From assembly GCA_030390025.1 (NCBI GenBank), contig CM059433.1, positions 25,608,001 through 25,672,000 of the forward strand: a DNA stretch of 64,000 nt. Direction: 5' to 3'. This stretch comes from Squalus acanthias (lineage: Eukaryota). The notes beneath the pieces were generated by a model. That model did not search any database, was not told where the DNA came from, and was given only the letters and a program-made list of their open reading frames with translations. Below, piece after piece: positions 1 through 12,115 of this stretch; positions within the stretch are counted from its first letter, which is position 1; every line of letters starts with the position of its first letter. A program made the translations under genes and the position numbers.

Positions 1-996
1 GGAGTGAACCCTCAAGCCCACACTCAGGCCACCCCCAAGCAGAGGCAAAGTCAATTGACTCTCCTCAGGCCGGCACCAGCGCGGACACACACATGACCTT
101 GCTTGGAGAGCGATACTGTGCTGCGGAAGCTCCCACGTGGCGGTGGAAAACTTGGAGGAGGCGGAGGATGTATCTGCCTCTCTGGTGAGACTGACAGAAG
201 TCGGACATGGAGTGGTGAATTAGTGGAGCCTGACTTGTCGGCTGCAGACATGAAGAGGCACCTGCTGATGGAGCACCAGAGGGGATGAGGTCTCTGGGCT
301 GCATCAAGGACACAACCTTGCTGACCTGGTCTCAGAATCTGCTGCCTGCACGCAGATCTGCGACATCATCACACAGGCAGCAGCTATAGTCCAGGAGCTC
401 ATCCAGCAGCTGACTCGCCAGTTGACTGTTACCTCGGGACATCCAGCAGGTCCCCTCGTCAGGGGACAATGAAGTAGAAGCCAGGGCCCCCAACACGATG
501 GAGGTTCAGGCTTCTACAGTTCAGGCCTTAGGAGCCAGACTGGGGGTTGTTGTAAGAGATGGCTTATAGTCTGTCAATGAGACCTGGTGGGGCATCGCAG
601 ATGCCATCATTCCACCCATCATGGCAGTTGGTGAGTTTGTCAGTGAAGTCCGCACTGGTGGGTGGGCTTGTGTGCTCCGAGTGGCTGATGCTTCCACCTC
701 TATAGGTAGAAGCACCACCCTTGGCTCCAGCAATACAGCAGTGGGCAGGTTGCTAGCTGTATCGGGCAGGCTGCACGAGGCACCTCAGGATCTCAATCCT
801 GGGATGCAGGCGGCTGTACCCTTGCTCCAGGAGCAGACATAGCCTCTCTACTTTGGCAGAAACATGTGACAAACATTTTTAAAAGTCCCACCAGTATCTT
901 TCAGGCTTGTCCCTTGAGTTGAACTGCTTCCCGAACTTGGTGTTTTCATGAATATTTTCCTGCCAATATTTCTAGAGCCCTGTTTCTATGAAGGTG

Positions 997-1071
997 GACA
1001 AAATTGAGAGGTCGCACAACACCAGGTTATAGTCCAACAGTTTTATTTGAAATCACAAGCTTATCTCCGCA
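997..1071 (-). mobile_element. Short Penelope-like element (pseudo-LTR) fragment with 12-bp target-site duplication
   Basis: Flanked by the direct repeat tctatgaaggtg (985-996 and 1072-1083). The interior (gtcgcacaacaccaggttatagtccaacag...tttattt...caagctt) matches the arm of the palindromic insertion at 60512-60718. Confidence 0.7.
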
Positions 1072-2019
1072 TCTATGAAGGTGCTCAGGATTCCTTTTAC
1101 CTAGAATGCACAACTGCAGGGATATGCCCCAGACATTCCTCCTCCCTCTAACTTTGCTTCTGTTCTGTTCTCCCTCTTACTTTGGACTGTCTCTTTTCTA
1201 TTTTGTTTCCACCTCCCAATTTGTCTCCCACTCACAGACTGCCCAGTGCCTGGGCACTGCTGTCCTGATCCCTTGTCCCATGTGGTGTAGTTCCAGCACT
1301 CATACTGAGCATTGAAGAAGAGAAGTGGAGCCGAGCTGCTGCTATGTTGGTTCCGAATGCTCTTTGCCTGCCTCCAGCTCGCACTCTCTGCCATTTACCT
1401 CATTCTACTTTTTCCACTGTTTCTCTTTCCCTCTGTGCTTTGCCCCCTCCCTCTGCCTGGATTTTCTTTCTCAGTACTCTGCTAATTTTTCTTCCACCGC
1501 CTCCCCCACCGAGTGTTGCCCACTCCTCCTGAATGCTGGCAGTCCCCAGAAACCCCCACTGATGGCTACAAGGCCACTAATATGTTGCCAGTCCTCAAAT
1601 GCTGCCTGTCCCTCCCCAAATACTCCCATTTTCCCCTCAGGATAGATTTTTCCCCAATAGTTTTACCTCCTGCCTTCCAGGCCTCACTCCTCTGCAGTGC
1701 TTCAAGTGCCTCACCAACCCAGAATACTCCTAGGCCTCATTCCCTTACTTTCCAGCTGTCAGGCCCACGGTTGCCATCTTCTTCTGTTCAAAATTGGACA
1801 TTGACGGGGTTTAGGACAGAGACCATGGGTTATGTGAGTGCTGGAATTTTTATCATTCATGTATTGCAGAACCAGCCAAACAATGCTATACTGATGGGCA
1901 GGGAATGAGTTTAAATATGTCTGGGTTCATTCAACTAAAAATATATTAAAACTTGGTGATAAAATTATTGTCTTTCTTCTGTGTTATAAAATGTATTCAG
2001 TTCATTATACCTGTGTCGG

Positions 2020-2180
2020 TCGGCTCTTTGAAAGAACTATCCATTTAGTCCCATTCCCTTGCCTTTTCACCCTCCCCTTTTTACTTTTTTATTTTCCTTC
2101 TGTTTTAAAAGGTATTGTAGATTCTGATTCCGGCACTGTTTCTAGTAGGAAATTCCATGTCCTGACAATCCTCTGCACCC
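2020..2180 (-). mobile_element. Degenerate CR1-type LINE 3' fragment
   Basis: Resembles the reverse complement of a CR1 ORF2 end and 3' UTR (ggctctttgaaagaactatccatttagtccc...ggaaattccatgtcctgacaatcctctg). Recognised from memory only. Confidence 0.35.
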
Positions 2181-2404
2181 CTCGCAACTAGAAGAACAAT
2201 GGATTAGAAGAGAACAACGGAGACATCGCACGCTACTCTGTCCAGTGACTGAACGGGTAATATCGTTCAGAGCTGTAAATTACTGTCATGAAATACTAGT
2301 CCTTTGGCTGTATTGATTTCTACTGTACTTACCAATAAACACCTACCATTACCAATATGGAGTCAAGTTCGAATCTTTAAGTTTGAGGTGAAACCCTCTT
2401 ACAG

Positions 2405-2570
2405 CTTTGACCGCTCGAAGAGAAGAGGTGCTGGTGTAACTGTCCTTTCACCACTCGCTCAAACAGAAGAGGGTCTGGTAGAAGCGACCTGTGACCGCTT
2501 GCTCAAACTGAAGATGATCTGGTGGAACTGTCCTGTGGCCGCTCACTCGAACAGAAGAGGATCTGGTGGA
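2405..2570. repeat. Imperfect tandem repeat, about 44-bp unit, about 4 copies
   Basis: Recurrent cgctc(a/g)aacagaaga(g)gatctggtggaactgtcctgtg-like units. Confidence 0.6.
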
Positions 2571-2856
2571 GATAGTGTGAGGGACCAGGCTACAGTGTTA
2601 GACACCAGGGCATAGTGTGTGGGACCAGGGTACAGTGTTAGACACCAGGGTATAGTCTGAGACAACGGGGTATAGTGTGAGGGACCAGGGTACAGTGTTA
2701 GACACCAGGGCATAGTATGTGGCACCAGGGTATAGTGTGAGGGACCAGGGCATATTGTGAGGGAACAGGGGATAGTGTGAGGCAGCAGGGTATAGTGTGA
2801 GACAACGGGGTATAGTGTGAGACAACGGGGTATAGTGTGTGGGACCAGGGTATAGT

Positions 2857-2860
<4 letters not shown>
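2571..2860. repeat. 20-bp minisatellite (gggaccagggtatagtgtga-like), about 14 copies, grading into (TG)n
   Basis: 20-nt periodicity is directly visible. It produces the repetitive ORFs 2543-2725 and 2598-2906. Confidence 0.92.
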
Positions 2861-2892
<32 letters not shown>

Positions 2893-2970
2893 ATACTCCC
2901 AGTCACACAGCAGCGGAACCTGCACAGTTTGGAACTCGATCGATAGTTGCAAAACAGGATATCTATTTAT

Positions 2971-3773
2971 CAAATGTAAATTGCCAACCCGCCTCTTGGC
3001 AGCCCACTATCACCTTTCACTCAGATGGGACGGGACGGCGGGCTGCCAACCCACTGCCAAGAGCTAGTTGGCAATTTGATATATAAGGAGGCCTGAAATC
3101 TCTAATTTAAACTGCTTTACAGGTTTTACTGCAGCCGGCCAGAGATCCCGGGGCTCGGGATTCCTGCTGGCTGCAACGAGGAGGCCTCAGCTTCGGGGAG
3201 CAATGTTTGTGGACCAGGAGGAGCAGGAGTGCTTCCTCCTGGTCCCCCAAGCACCCCCACCATCAGCCTGGCCCTCCCCGGGGTCAGGGATCCGACTCCC
3301 TCTCACCCCGGGATCGCGATTCGGCCCTGGGGTCGGGAATCGAAGCCCACCCCCAACCCCAGGGGACAGGGATCGGACCACCCCCAGGCATGGAACACCC
3401 GCCCTGGGGGATCGGACCGCCCCTCGAGGGGATCGGACCCCCGGGGATCAGACCCCTCCACCGGGGGATCGGACCTCCCCTGGGGGATCGTACCCCACCT
3501 TCCGGGGCTCGGACCCCCCCACCCCCACCCCGCGCTTGGACCTGCCCTCCCACCATCCTGGGCCCAGCACTTACCTGTTCCTGCGGCCTCCTTCTCCAAA
3601 TTCCCTGCACAAATGGAAGCCAGCCAATTAGTCAGGCTGACTTCCGGGCGGGGAACTCACCCCCGACGTTGCACGCATGCTGTGGAGTTTAAACTCGACA
3701 GCGTGCCTGGAAACCCGACCTTCTGGGTTTTCCGCCGTCTCCCGTGTGGGAGGGACCCGGGAAAATCCAGCCC
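2971..3773. mobile_element. Partial non-autonomous PIF/Harbinger-type element (MITE-like), right end preserved
   Basis: Ends in aaaatccagccc (reverse complement gggctggatttt), similar to the gggctcaatttt terminus of the Harbinger at 5551. Contains an internal inverted repeat (aaattgccaac...gttggcaattt) and ggggatcggacc repeats. No matching left TIR seen. Confidence 0.5.
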
Positions 3774-6065
3774 TGTTTGTGTGTGTGTGTGTGTGTTTGT
3801 GAGTGTGAGAATGAGGGTGTGTGTGTGTGTGTGTGTCCCAGTCACACAGCAGCGGTACCTGCACCGTTTGAAGAACGACCGATAGTTGCAACAACAGGAT
3901 ATCTATTTATTTTCAATTCATAAATTTACAAATTTACAAGTCATGTTGAAAAATTGATCAGTTTGATGCTAAGAGGAGGAGGTGGAGGACGATCGGGGCC
4001 TGTGTGTTTAGGTTTCATTCTGATGGCGACAGCAGCAGTTCCTTAGGCAGCTGTTCCACCAGCTGAGCCTCCGGGCAGATCAGACACGTTCTGACTGTTG
4101 GAGAAGTAAAGTTGAAAAGGCCGCTGCATGTGCTCGGAGCTGCTCCTGGGGGTTGTGGAAGAAGGACTCGCAATCCATGGCATAGGAAGTGATCCTGATG
4201 GGGAAATCATGAACCAACTGTCATGAAAGGTCCCTTAGGAGGTCCATGTAGTTCCTGTTGGGCTCCCCTAGATGGTTCTTGATTAATGAGGAAGCCTCGG
4301 CCGATCCAATGAGGGGGACAACAACTTTCAGTGTTGAGCTACGACGGGTCAGGTTCTGCTCATCCCAAATGGTAACTGCTCTTTCAGTGTGTCCAGCAGC
4401 TCTCCCATTGTACTCATGACACATTCTGTGTCCTCAGCCAGTGATCTCCACATGTCACTGATGTACTTGTCCAAAGGGACGGGGGGTAGGTGAGGAGACG
4501 GGCACAACAGTTGCTGTGTTGTGTGAGCCAGAATGGCGATACTACACAGAGCTGAAAGTTTCACCTGCTCATAAGGAATTGACTGCAATTGAAGCCTCAG
4601 CACGTCAATGATCTCCGAGGCCTGGTCGCCAAGTTCACTGCCTCGTCTATTAACGGTGGTTTGCATGAGAACAGCGGCTGCATTGGAACAGCTGGGCTGT
4701 TGGTCGGACAGTCCTTTGAAGACCATGAAGAGTAAGTTGCCCAGTTGGTCATGTGGCAAACATTTGGAAATGACCTCTGTGATTTGAGAGCATGATTGAA
4801 AGAGGACTGAAGTGTCAGGGTTAACTAACTGTTCTCTGACTCTTTTCAGTACCTCTAACTGCTCCGTTTGCTGAACCAGATTGGTGCCTTCACACGACAA
4901 ATGAATGGCCAGGATTATGTACAAAGTGTCCAGGGACATCTGTCAAACGAGAAGCGATGGGTCTGCACAACGCGGCATCAGTCATCCAATCAGAGTCCCC
5001 GTGTTAATTTCAGGCGCTACATTACTAAGATTGAGCTTCCTCCAGTAAAGTTTCAGAAGCTCTAAGGTCGTTTCCATGGCTCTCTCTCATTCATAGTCTT
5101 TTGTTGAAATGATCCGGGCTTCTACATGATTGAAAATGGCCTCAAGTCCTTGAGGGGACAGGTCCTGAAATAATATTTGCTTCAGAAGATTTTGCAGCAA
5201 ATCTGTGATTTGGGTATAAAGTGTCGCCCATTCCTTTGTATTATCATTTGTGTCCAGGTCATTGTTCAGTTCTGGAGGTACCAAGCCGAAAGTATTGGTC
5301 AGGCAGCTTTGAATCAATTGGCAGGTGTCAGCTTGGTTTGATTCAGTGTGTGGTTGCATGAGATGCGTGCAGGCGTTCATGGCTAACTGTCGAACAGGGC
5401 TCTGGAGCAGCTATTGTGGCTCGGCCTCGATAAGATCCTGCATGTATGTTAGCAGCACCCTGTTTCTGATAAAGTTGATGGGAAGTCTCCAGCGATTTAA
5501 ATATAGGGATCTGGCTATCTGAGTCACGGTCTGTATTAGGCTGAGCTTTAGGGCTCAATTTTAATAGTCGAGGAGGCGGGTAGGCAGCAAAAATCAGAAA
5601 AAAATCAGAAAAAATGGCTTCAGACTGCCAAGCCGCCTCCATCCCGCCCCCACGCGATTTTCGTGAGTGTCAGGTCAGCCGCTCCCAAACTGACCTGACT
5701 GGAACCAATGGGACTGGTAGTTAACTGCCTTGCTAAATCTATTTTGATAGTGGTTTCCCATTTTCGTGCTTCTGGCTCCTGTTTCCCATCTTGTCAGAAA
5801 CAGGCCAGCTGCAAGGAGACGAGTTGCTGGAGGACATGATTTGTAGTCATTGGTGCAGCACTTTAAAAGCGCTCCTGTAACATGGCTGACATTCAAATGC
5901 AACAACCTTGTTGTTGGAGGTTTGGGATAAGATTTTGCTAAGTCTACTGACCATGACTGTTCAAGCTGACAGCCATCTGCAGTGTGACCTGATAGGAATA
6001 ATTTCAGGCCACTTCGACTGTGCGCTTGCAAGCTTCTTGCCTCAAATGAAATCTATAGCAACAGG

Positions 6066-7304
6066 ATGGGAACCATTTATATCCTCTCATCCTGGTTGTC
6101 AGATTCGGAGGAAGAGCAGCCGCGGCAGCACCACAACCAGCCACAACAGCAGCACCAACCTCATCCTCACCCACCTGATTATGCACAGGGCCTCAGCGCA
6201 GGGGGCAGCACTTTACCGTAGGAGATACTCCCAACACAGGGTTTACAGGCAGAGGATCAGCTTCCTCAGCATGACTGAGCAGCAGTGCCAAAGGAGGCTG
6301 AGACTTTCGAGAGATGTAGTTGCTGACATCTGCGCAATGCTGCACCAATACCTGGAGCCCAGAGGAGCGTGTGGACACTCCTTACCAGTAGCTGTCAAAG
6401 TCACCACCGCACTCAATTTCTTTGCTTCAGGCTCCTTCCAGGATCAACTGCAGACATCAGCAGCATCTCCCAGTCAGCTGCACACACCTACATCATGCAG
6501 GTCACCAATGCCCTCTTTGCAAAGGTGTACAATTACATCCACTTCTCCACGGATGGCCCAAGTCTGACGGCGCGTGCGGTTGGCTTTGCCAAGATGGCAG
6601 GCTTGTCAATGGTGCAGGGCGTCACAGACTACACACATGTAACCATTTGGGCCCCCTATCACAACCCAGCTGTATTTGTCAACCGCAAGAGATTCCACTC
6701 CCTGAACGTCCAGCTGGTGTGTAACCACAGGAAGATCATCATGCATGTTTGTGCAAAGTACCCTGGCAGTTGCCATGACTCCTTCATCCTGCGCCAGTCT
6801 ACTGCGCCTCAGCTCTTCCATCCACCAAACCAACTTTCCAGATGGCTTCTTGGCAACAAGGGCTATCCCCTGAAAAAGTGGCTTATGACACCGATGAGGA
6901 GGCCATCAAACGATGCTGAGGAGCGGTACAATGTGAGTCACATATCCATCAGAACCATCATCGAGCAAACCATCGGCTTGCTCAAAATGCACTTCCGATG
7001 CCTAAACAGATCTGGAGGAGCCTTGCAGTATGCATCAGCCAGGGTGTCCAGAATTGTCGTGGTCTGCTGTGCCCTGCACAACATTGCACAGCAGTGCAGC
7101 TTAGTGCTGCCGCATGAACAAGGGGCTCAGCACACAGCCTCCTCAGAGGAAGAGGAAGAGGATGAGGAAGAGGAGGAGGAGGAGAACGAGGAGGAGGATG
7201 GGGAGCGATGCCTTGTGGGGCTGGATGTGGCCAATCCAGCAGCAGGTGACCACATTGCTGGCTTTCAGGCAAGGGATGCACTCATCCATGCCAGATTCGC
7301 GTAA
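6066..7304 (+). pseudogene. Harbinger DDE transposase (HARBI1-like), frameshifted
   Basis: Motifs [81 protein letters not shown] and CALHNIA, plus an acidic tail. Frameshift near 6440. The usual GDxGY appears as GNKGY. The start position is tentative. Confidence 0.88.
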
Positions 7305-7375
7305 GCTTGCGCTTCAACCACAGGTGGCTGGCACATAGAGATGAATATAATCCGACATTCTCAAAACCCCAGGCA

Positions 7376-7729
7376 TCATCTGTCCAATAAACGATGGTTT
7401 GCGCTCAGTGTCAACACCAACATTCTACATGGAATTCGCCCTGAGCCCTCACTCTTGAACTTCCATTTCCCAGAACAGAGAGTCCACACTTTAGGTAATT
7501 TCAGGAGATCATTCAACCTTTTTCGACACTGAACCCATGTGCACCTGCACACAGACCTCGAGCTCACCTCCTCAGCAATTAGCAGCCAAGCTGCCTTGGT
7601 TTGCTGAGGAGGCCTCCTCTTTCCGTTTCCAGGGAAGAGGACCTCCTGGCGTCCTCTAACTCCCTCCACAAGAGCATGGAGGGGGCCCTCATTGAACCTG
7701 GGTGCAGCCTTAGTTTTTGGGGCTGCCAT
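7376..7729 (-). pseudogene. Harbinger accessory Myb/SANT-like (trihelix) DNA-binding protein, N-terminal domain only
   Basis: APRFNEGPLHALVEGV...LF...AWLLIAEEVS...RCTWVQCRKRLNDL is the Myb/SANT-like pattern typical of the second Harbinger ORF. Confidence 0.85.
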
Positions 7730-9864
7730 TCCTGCAGCAGCCAGCACCTTTAAGAGAAAAAACCTAATGCTTTTGCAAAGGGGACATGTTTTTACTCAAA
7801 TTTTTACTCGAACACGTCATCAGAGGCGAGAATCTGACATGCTCCAAGCAATTGCCTGGAGGGACCCGCATGTCGGCCATAACGAGGACAATCAAGGTAA
7901 AACCGTAACTGCTGGGTGGCGGCATCCGGGAGCGGGTCCAAAAGCTGCTGAGCAGCGGGCCTGCCCTCAACCCGCCTCCATTAATAAAATCGCGGCCTTA
8001 GTGTGAGATCCCTGGATTCAGCTGTTATCCCCTGCCCACTTGTAATTAAATGACTAACAGCTGGCAGAATGTGGCTCTCGATGTTGAACAGCAGTTCCTC
8101 AGGTGCACAGACTGCCATGTTCCCTTCGCACAGAACCAGTGTGCTCTTCACTTTATCCGATTCCTCATCAGCCTTAACCCTGAATCTGTTGGAGTTAGCA
8201 AACTCCTCCAGGCTACTGAGCGTATCATCAAAATGTGCCATGGCACAGAAACCAATGATGAGGGCTGCTCACTCTCTCTCCGCACTCTCACTGTGCTGCA
8301 CACTCAGTAGCATTTGGTGAAGCTCCTCCTTTACGTTCTTAGTGCGGGTCTGGCAGAGCACTGACGCAAGAGATTTATATAGAAAGCCCTTCTCTTGTGG
8401 GGAATGATGGTTAGTGTTGATCTGTTTTGATATTTCATCAGCGAGCTAACATGTCCATTCCTCGTCATCAATTGTATTTAAAGCTAGGTACAAGACCACC
8501 AATAATTTATTCTCCCATTTTGACTGGGACAGAGACTCCTCTGAATTTTTCAGTAAATGGTCAGCTAATGGTGCAAGCTCCTCTTCCCACAACCTCACTG
8601 ATTCTGGGAGGATATTGAGATTCAAGACTTTCAGCACACTCAGTGCTGCAGCTCCTCGGCCTCCTCCCTGATACAGGCAACAAGTCACAATGAGGAGCCG
8701 GGTCAGCAGTGCCTGGGCTTTAGGGAGATTGGCATCTTCATTGTAAGTAAGGGAAAAGCTTTCACTACCGGCTCGCAGTTTCTTTTTCCCAATATGTGCT
8801 GAACTACTACAGATTATTGTTAAAGCCTTGGTGTTCTGGGTCACAGTGACAAACTCCAGTAAGGATGGCCAAAGGACATCCTCCATCTTCACTGCAGTTG
8901 TGATCAAACACATCACTCTTTCACATAGTATGACTAATTCTTCATCTGTTACTGGATCTGGCTGATGATTGGGTGGTACCAGGGTCCCTGAACCAACTGG
9001 TACAGCACACTGTTGGATGAGGAATTACACCTTTGCCTTTCCTCCCTCTGGCTCAAGGTAACCTTGCTGGGCCATGACACATATTACCTGGGCAATTAAC
9101 TTCTTCTCCTGATTGCTGACTCTTGTCTAGAAGTACTGGTTTTATTGCAGCCACAACCTGAGCCTTCTTCCTCTCCAAGTGTGATGAAGTGATGAAGTGC
9201 TTTCGTACAGTGAGTGTTCCTACTCTCATTTGTTGGTCAGCGTTCTCTAACTGAGATAAGAAAAATTCCACCATTTTGTCTGCATAAGCTGGGGCCAGAA
9301 CTCTGAAACAGCGAAGGATCTCAGTCTGGTTCTTCACAGCAAGATCATCAGTAGACTCCAGCGAAACACAAATCTGCTGATGGAGCTTGTTAAGCAGGAT
9401 GTCCATTTGTGTTTTTAGCCTGAGACACTTTTTTATCTCTGTCACAACATCCATCTCATGCAGAAATGCACAGTTTGTACCACTTTGCTGTATTTTGTAC
9501 ACCCCTGGGTTTCTGTGTTGTCATAGTTTTCATTGTGAGGCCGAGTTACATAACCCCTCAGTTGTGATGAGGTCATGGGTCATGTGCCCATATAAGCCCT
9601 GCCAGATGTTTTTGGCAGTTTACGGTGGGTGGTGGGGGTTAAGGCCCAGACCCGAGATACAGACCATACGGACAAGGCTACATTCGTAAACCGTAGCAGC
9701 CATATTGGATTGAGCAGCTGTTTGTTCCTAATAAAGAACCCACCGCAAGACGGACACTCAGAGTACTTGTGACAAAAGATCTAGAAATGGGAGTGTAGGA
9801 CAGACCTTTCCAGCAGAATTGCCCCAAATTGGGAGGTTCATTGTCAGGGATTGAAGCTGCTTAA

Positions 9865-9936
9865 TGATGTCATCAGGAAGTTGCTGTGACATCAGAGCGG
9901 CCCGTTATGACATCAGAGCGGTCCATTGTGACATTT
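9865..9936. promoter_or_regulatory. Cluster of CRE-like TGACATCA motifs upstream of the MROH1-like pseudogene (also ~18813-18885, 29310-29381, 45427-45498, 54080-54151)
   Basis: tgatgtca at 9865, tgacatca at 9887 and 9908, tgacattt at 9929, spaced 21-22 bp. Promoter role inferred from position only. Confidence 0.4.
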
Positions 9937-10323
9937 GTTCCACTCGTCTCTCCTTTAAACCCTTGTTGTCTATTGCCTACCACCCCAGATTTCTCACCCA
10001 CAAATCCTCCCTGTTTTCCTCCTTCAGCCTCTGCACTCAGTGACTCCTCATCCTCGGACATTTCAATCTCCATCTCAACTCCCCTTATCCTTTCTCCTCC
10101 GATTTTACTGCCCTCCTGTTGTCCCTTAAACACTCCTACCCATCACGTCCACCCCTCTACTTTGCCATCTCTCCTGGCCTCACTACTTGCATGGTCTCAA
10201 TCACTGACAAGGCCATGTCTGACCATTGATTTTATTAACCGTAACCCCCCCCATCACCTTCCAACCTTATTTTCATCTGCGTCCACACCTGCAAAAAATC
10301 CTCTTACAGGAAGATACGTACAT

Positions 10324-10462
10324 TAGGAACAGAAGGAGGCCATTCAGCCCCTTGGGTGTGCTCCGCCATTCAATTAGATCATGGCTGATCTGTACCTCAA
10401 CTCCATTTACCCAACTTTACTCGATATGCCTTCATAACCTTACCTAAGAAAAATCTATCAAT
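10324..10462 (-). mobile_element. CR1 LINE / CR1-related SINE 3' tail fragment (also ~19270, 29768, 45883 and 54537)
   Basis: The reverse complement reads gatcagccatgatctaattgaatggcggagcac...ggggctgaatggcctccttctgttccta, a CR1-type 3' end common in shark genomes (recalled). Confidence 0.7.
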
Positions 10463-10545
10463 CTGATTTCACTGATCAATGATTCATGTCACACCATTAT
10501 GTAGCACCTATTCAGATAGAGGTCTGTACCTCTCGACTCGCTCAG

Positions 10546-12115
10546 CAACAACAACTACTAATATTAATATAGCGTCTTTAAAGTAGTAAAATGTCCCAAA
10601 GTGCTTCACAGGAGTTTTATAACACAAAATTTGACACCGAGGCACATAGGGTGAAATTAAGGTGAAATTAGGGCAGATGACCAAAAGCTTGGTCAAAGAG
10701 GTAGGTTTTAAAGAGCGTCTTAATGGAAGAAAGAGATGTAGAGAGGTGGAGAGGTTTAGGCAGGGTATTCCAGAGCTTGGGGCCTTGGCAGCTGAAGGCA
10801 TAGCCACCAGTGGTTGAGCTATTAAATTTAGGGATGCTCTAGAATCCAGATTTAGGGGAGTGCAGATATCTCGGGGTGGTGGGGGGGTGGGGGGGGTGGC
10901 GGGGTGATTGTGGGGCTGGAGGAGATTACAGAGATAGGGAGGGGTGAGACCAATGAGGGATTTGAAAACTAGGAGAATTTTAAAATCAAGGCATTGATTA
11001 ACCGGGAGCCAATGTAGTTCAGCGAGCACAGGGGTGATAGGTGAACGGGACTTGGTGCGAGTTAGGACACAGGCAGCCGAGATTCGGATTACCTCAAGTT
11101 TACATAGGGTAGAACGTTGGAGGCTAGCCATGAGTGCATTGGAATAGTCAAGTCTAGAGGTAACAAAAAAATGGATGAGGATTTCAGCAACAGATGAGCT
11201 GAGACAGGGGTGGAGTTGGGCTATGTTTCGAAGGTGGAAATAGGCGGTCTTAGTTATAGCGCGGATATGTGGCCGAAAGCTCATTTCTGGGTCCAATATG
11301 GCACCAAGGTTGCGAAGAGTCTGGATCAGCCTCAGACAGATGCTATGGAGAGGGATGGAGTCAATAACTAAGGAACAGAGTTTGTGGTGGGATCTGAAGA
11401 CAATGGCTTTGGTCTTCCCAATATTTAGTCAGAGGAAATTTCTGCTCATCCAGTACTGGATGCAGTCTGACAATTTAGAGACTGTGGAGGGATCGAGAGA
11501 AGTGGTGGTGAGGTAGAGCTGGGTGACATCAGCTTACATGTGTAAACTGAAGCTGTATTTTCAGATGATGTCGCCGAGGGGCAACATGTCGATGAGAAAT
11601 AGGAGGGGCCCCAGGATAGATCCCTGGGCGACACCAGAGGTAACGATGCGGGAGCGGGAAGAGAAGCCGTTGCAGGTGATTCTCTGGCTATGATTAGATA
11701 GATAAGAATGGAACCAGACGAGTGCAGTCCCACCCAGCCGGACGACAGTGGAGAGGCGTTGGAGGAGGATGGAGTGGTCAATCTTGTCAAAGGCTGCATA
11801 CAAGTCAAGGAGGACGAGGAGGGATAGTTTACCTTTGTCACAGTCACATAGGATGTCATTTACGATTTTGATAAGAGCCGTTTCAATACTGTAGAAGGGG
11901 CGGAAACCTGATCCAAATTTGGATTCCGATAAAGATGGGCACGGATTGGGGAGGCGACAACACGTTCAACGAATTTAGAGAGGAAAAGGAGGTTGAGATG
12001 GGATGGTACGAGGCAAGGACAGAGTGGGCAAGGGTTGGTTTTTGATGAAATAGATGATGACAGCAGATTTGAAAGAAAGAGAACCATTAACAATATTAGC
12101 TAACATGGGAGCCAG

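Larger units (their letters stand above)
5551..7997 (+). mobile_element. PIF/Harbinger DNA transposon (2447 bp) inserted in the unit-1 pseudogene
   Basis: TTA target duplication at 5548-5550 and 7998-8000; the empty site ctgagctttagtgtgag is present in U2, U3, U5 and U6. Imperfect TIRs (gggctcaattttaat...ggaggcgggt versus ggccgcgattttatt...ggaggcgggt). Convergent transposase and Myb/SANT ORFs. Confidence 0.93.
3906..9600 (-). pseudogene. MROH1: Intronless MROH1-like pseudogene, unit 1 (about 2.6 kb deleted at ~4345 relative to U2; Harbinger insertion)
   Basis: ORF fragments are colinear with recalled vertebrate MROH1: LKTQMDILLNKLHQQICVSLES...EILRCFRVLA, VLWPSLLEF...GRGAAALSVLKVL...WENKLL, LVNPDTSVLFQSC...DQLGNLLFMVF. 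Stops and frameshifts lie between fragments and no introns are visible. Confidence 0.88.

Noticed and set aside
1..860. GC-rich segment possibly from a decayed Harbinger accessory gene
   Set aside because: Only a vague resemblance, with no diagnostic motif or terminus visible.
2571..2860. Regular short repeats resembling a CRISPR array
   Set aside because: Contiguous 20-bp tandem units without unique spacers, in a eukaryotic context.
3203..3885. Overlapping Pro/Gly-rich ORFs in several frames
   Set aside because: They arise from GC-rich ggggatcggacc repeats within a MITE-like element.
4950..4990. Shared in-frame TGA codons as selenocysteine or readthrough sites
   Set aside because: The same copies also carry TAA stops, frameshifts and a LINE insertion. 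CpG decay explains the TGAs and no SECIS was recognised.
9873..10133. 86-aa minus-strand ORF (MFKGQQEG...DVTATS) open at the same length in five units
   Set aside because: Non-ATG start, purine-rich low-complexity strand and no recognisable domain. Persistence is expected from high unit identity.
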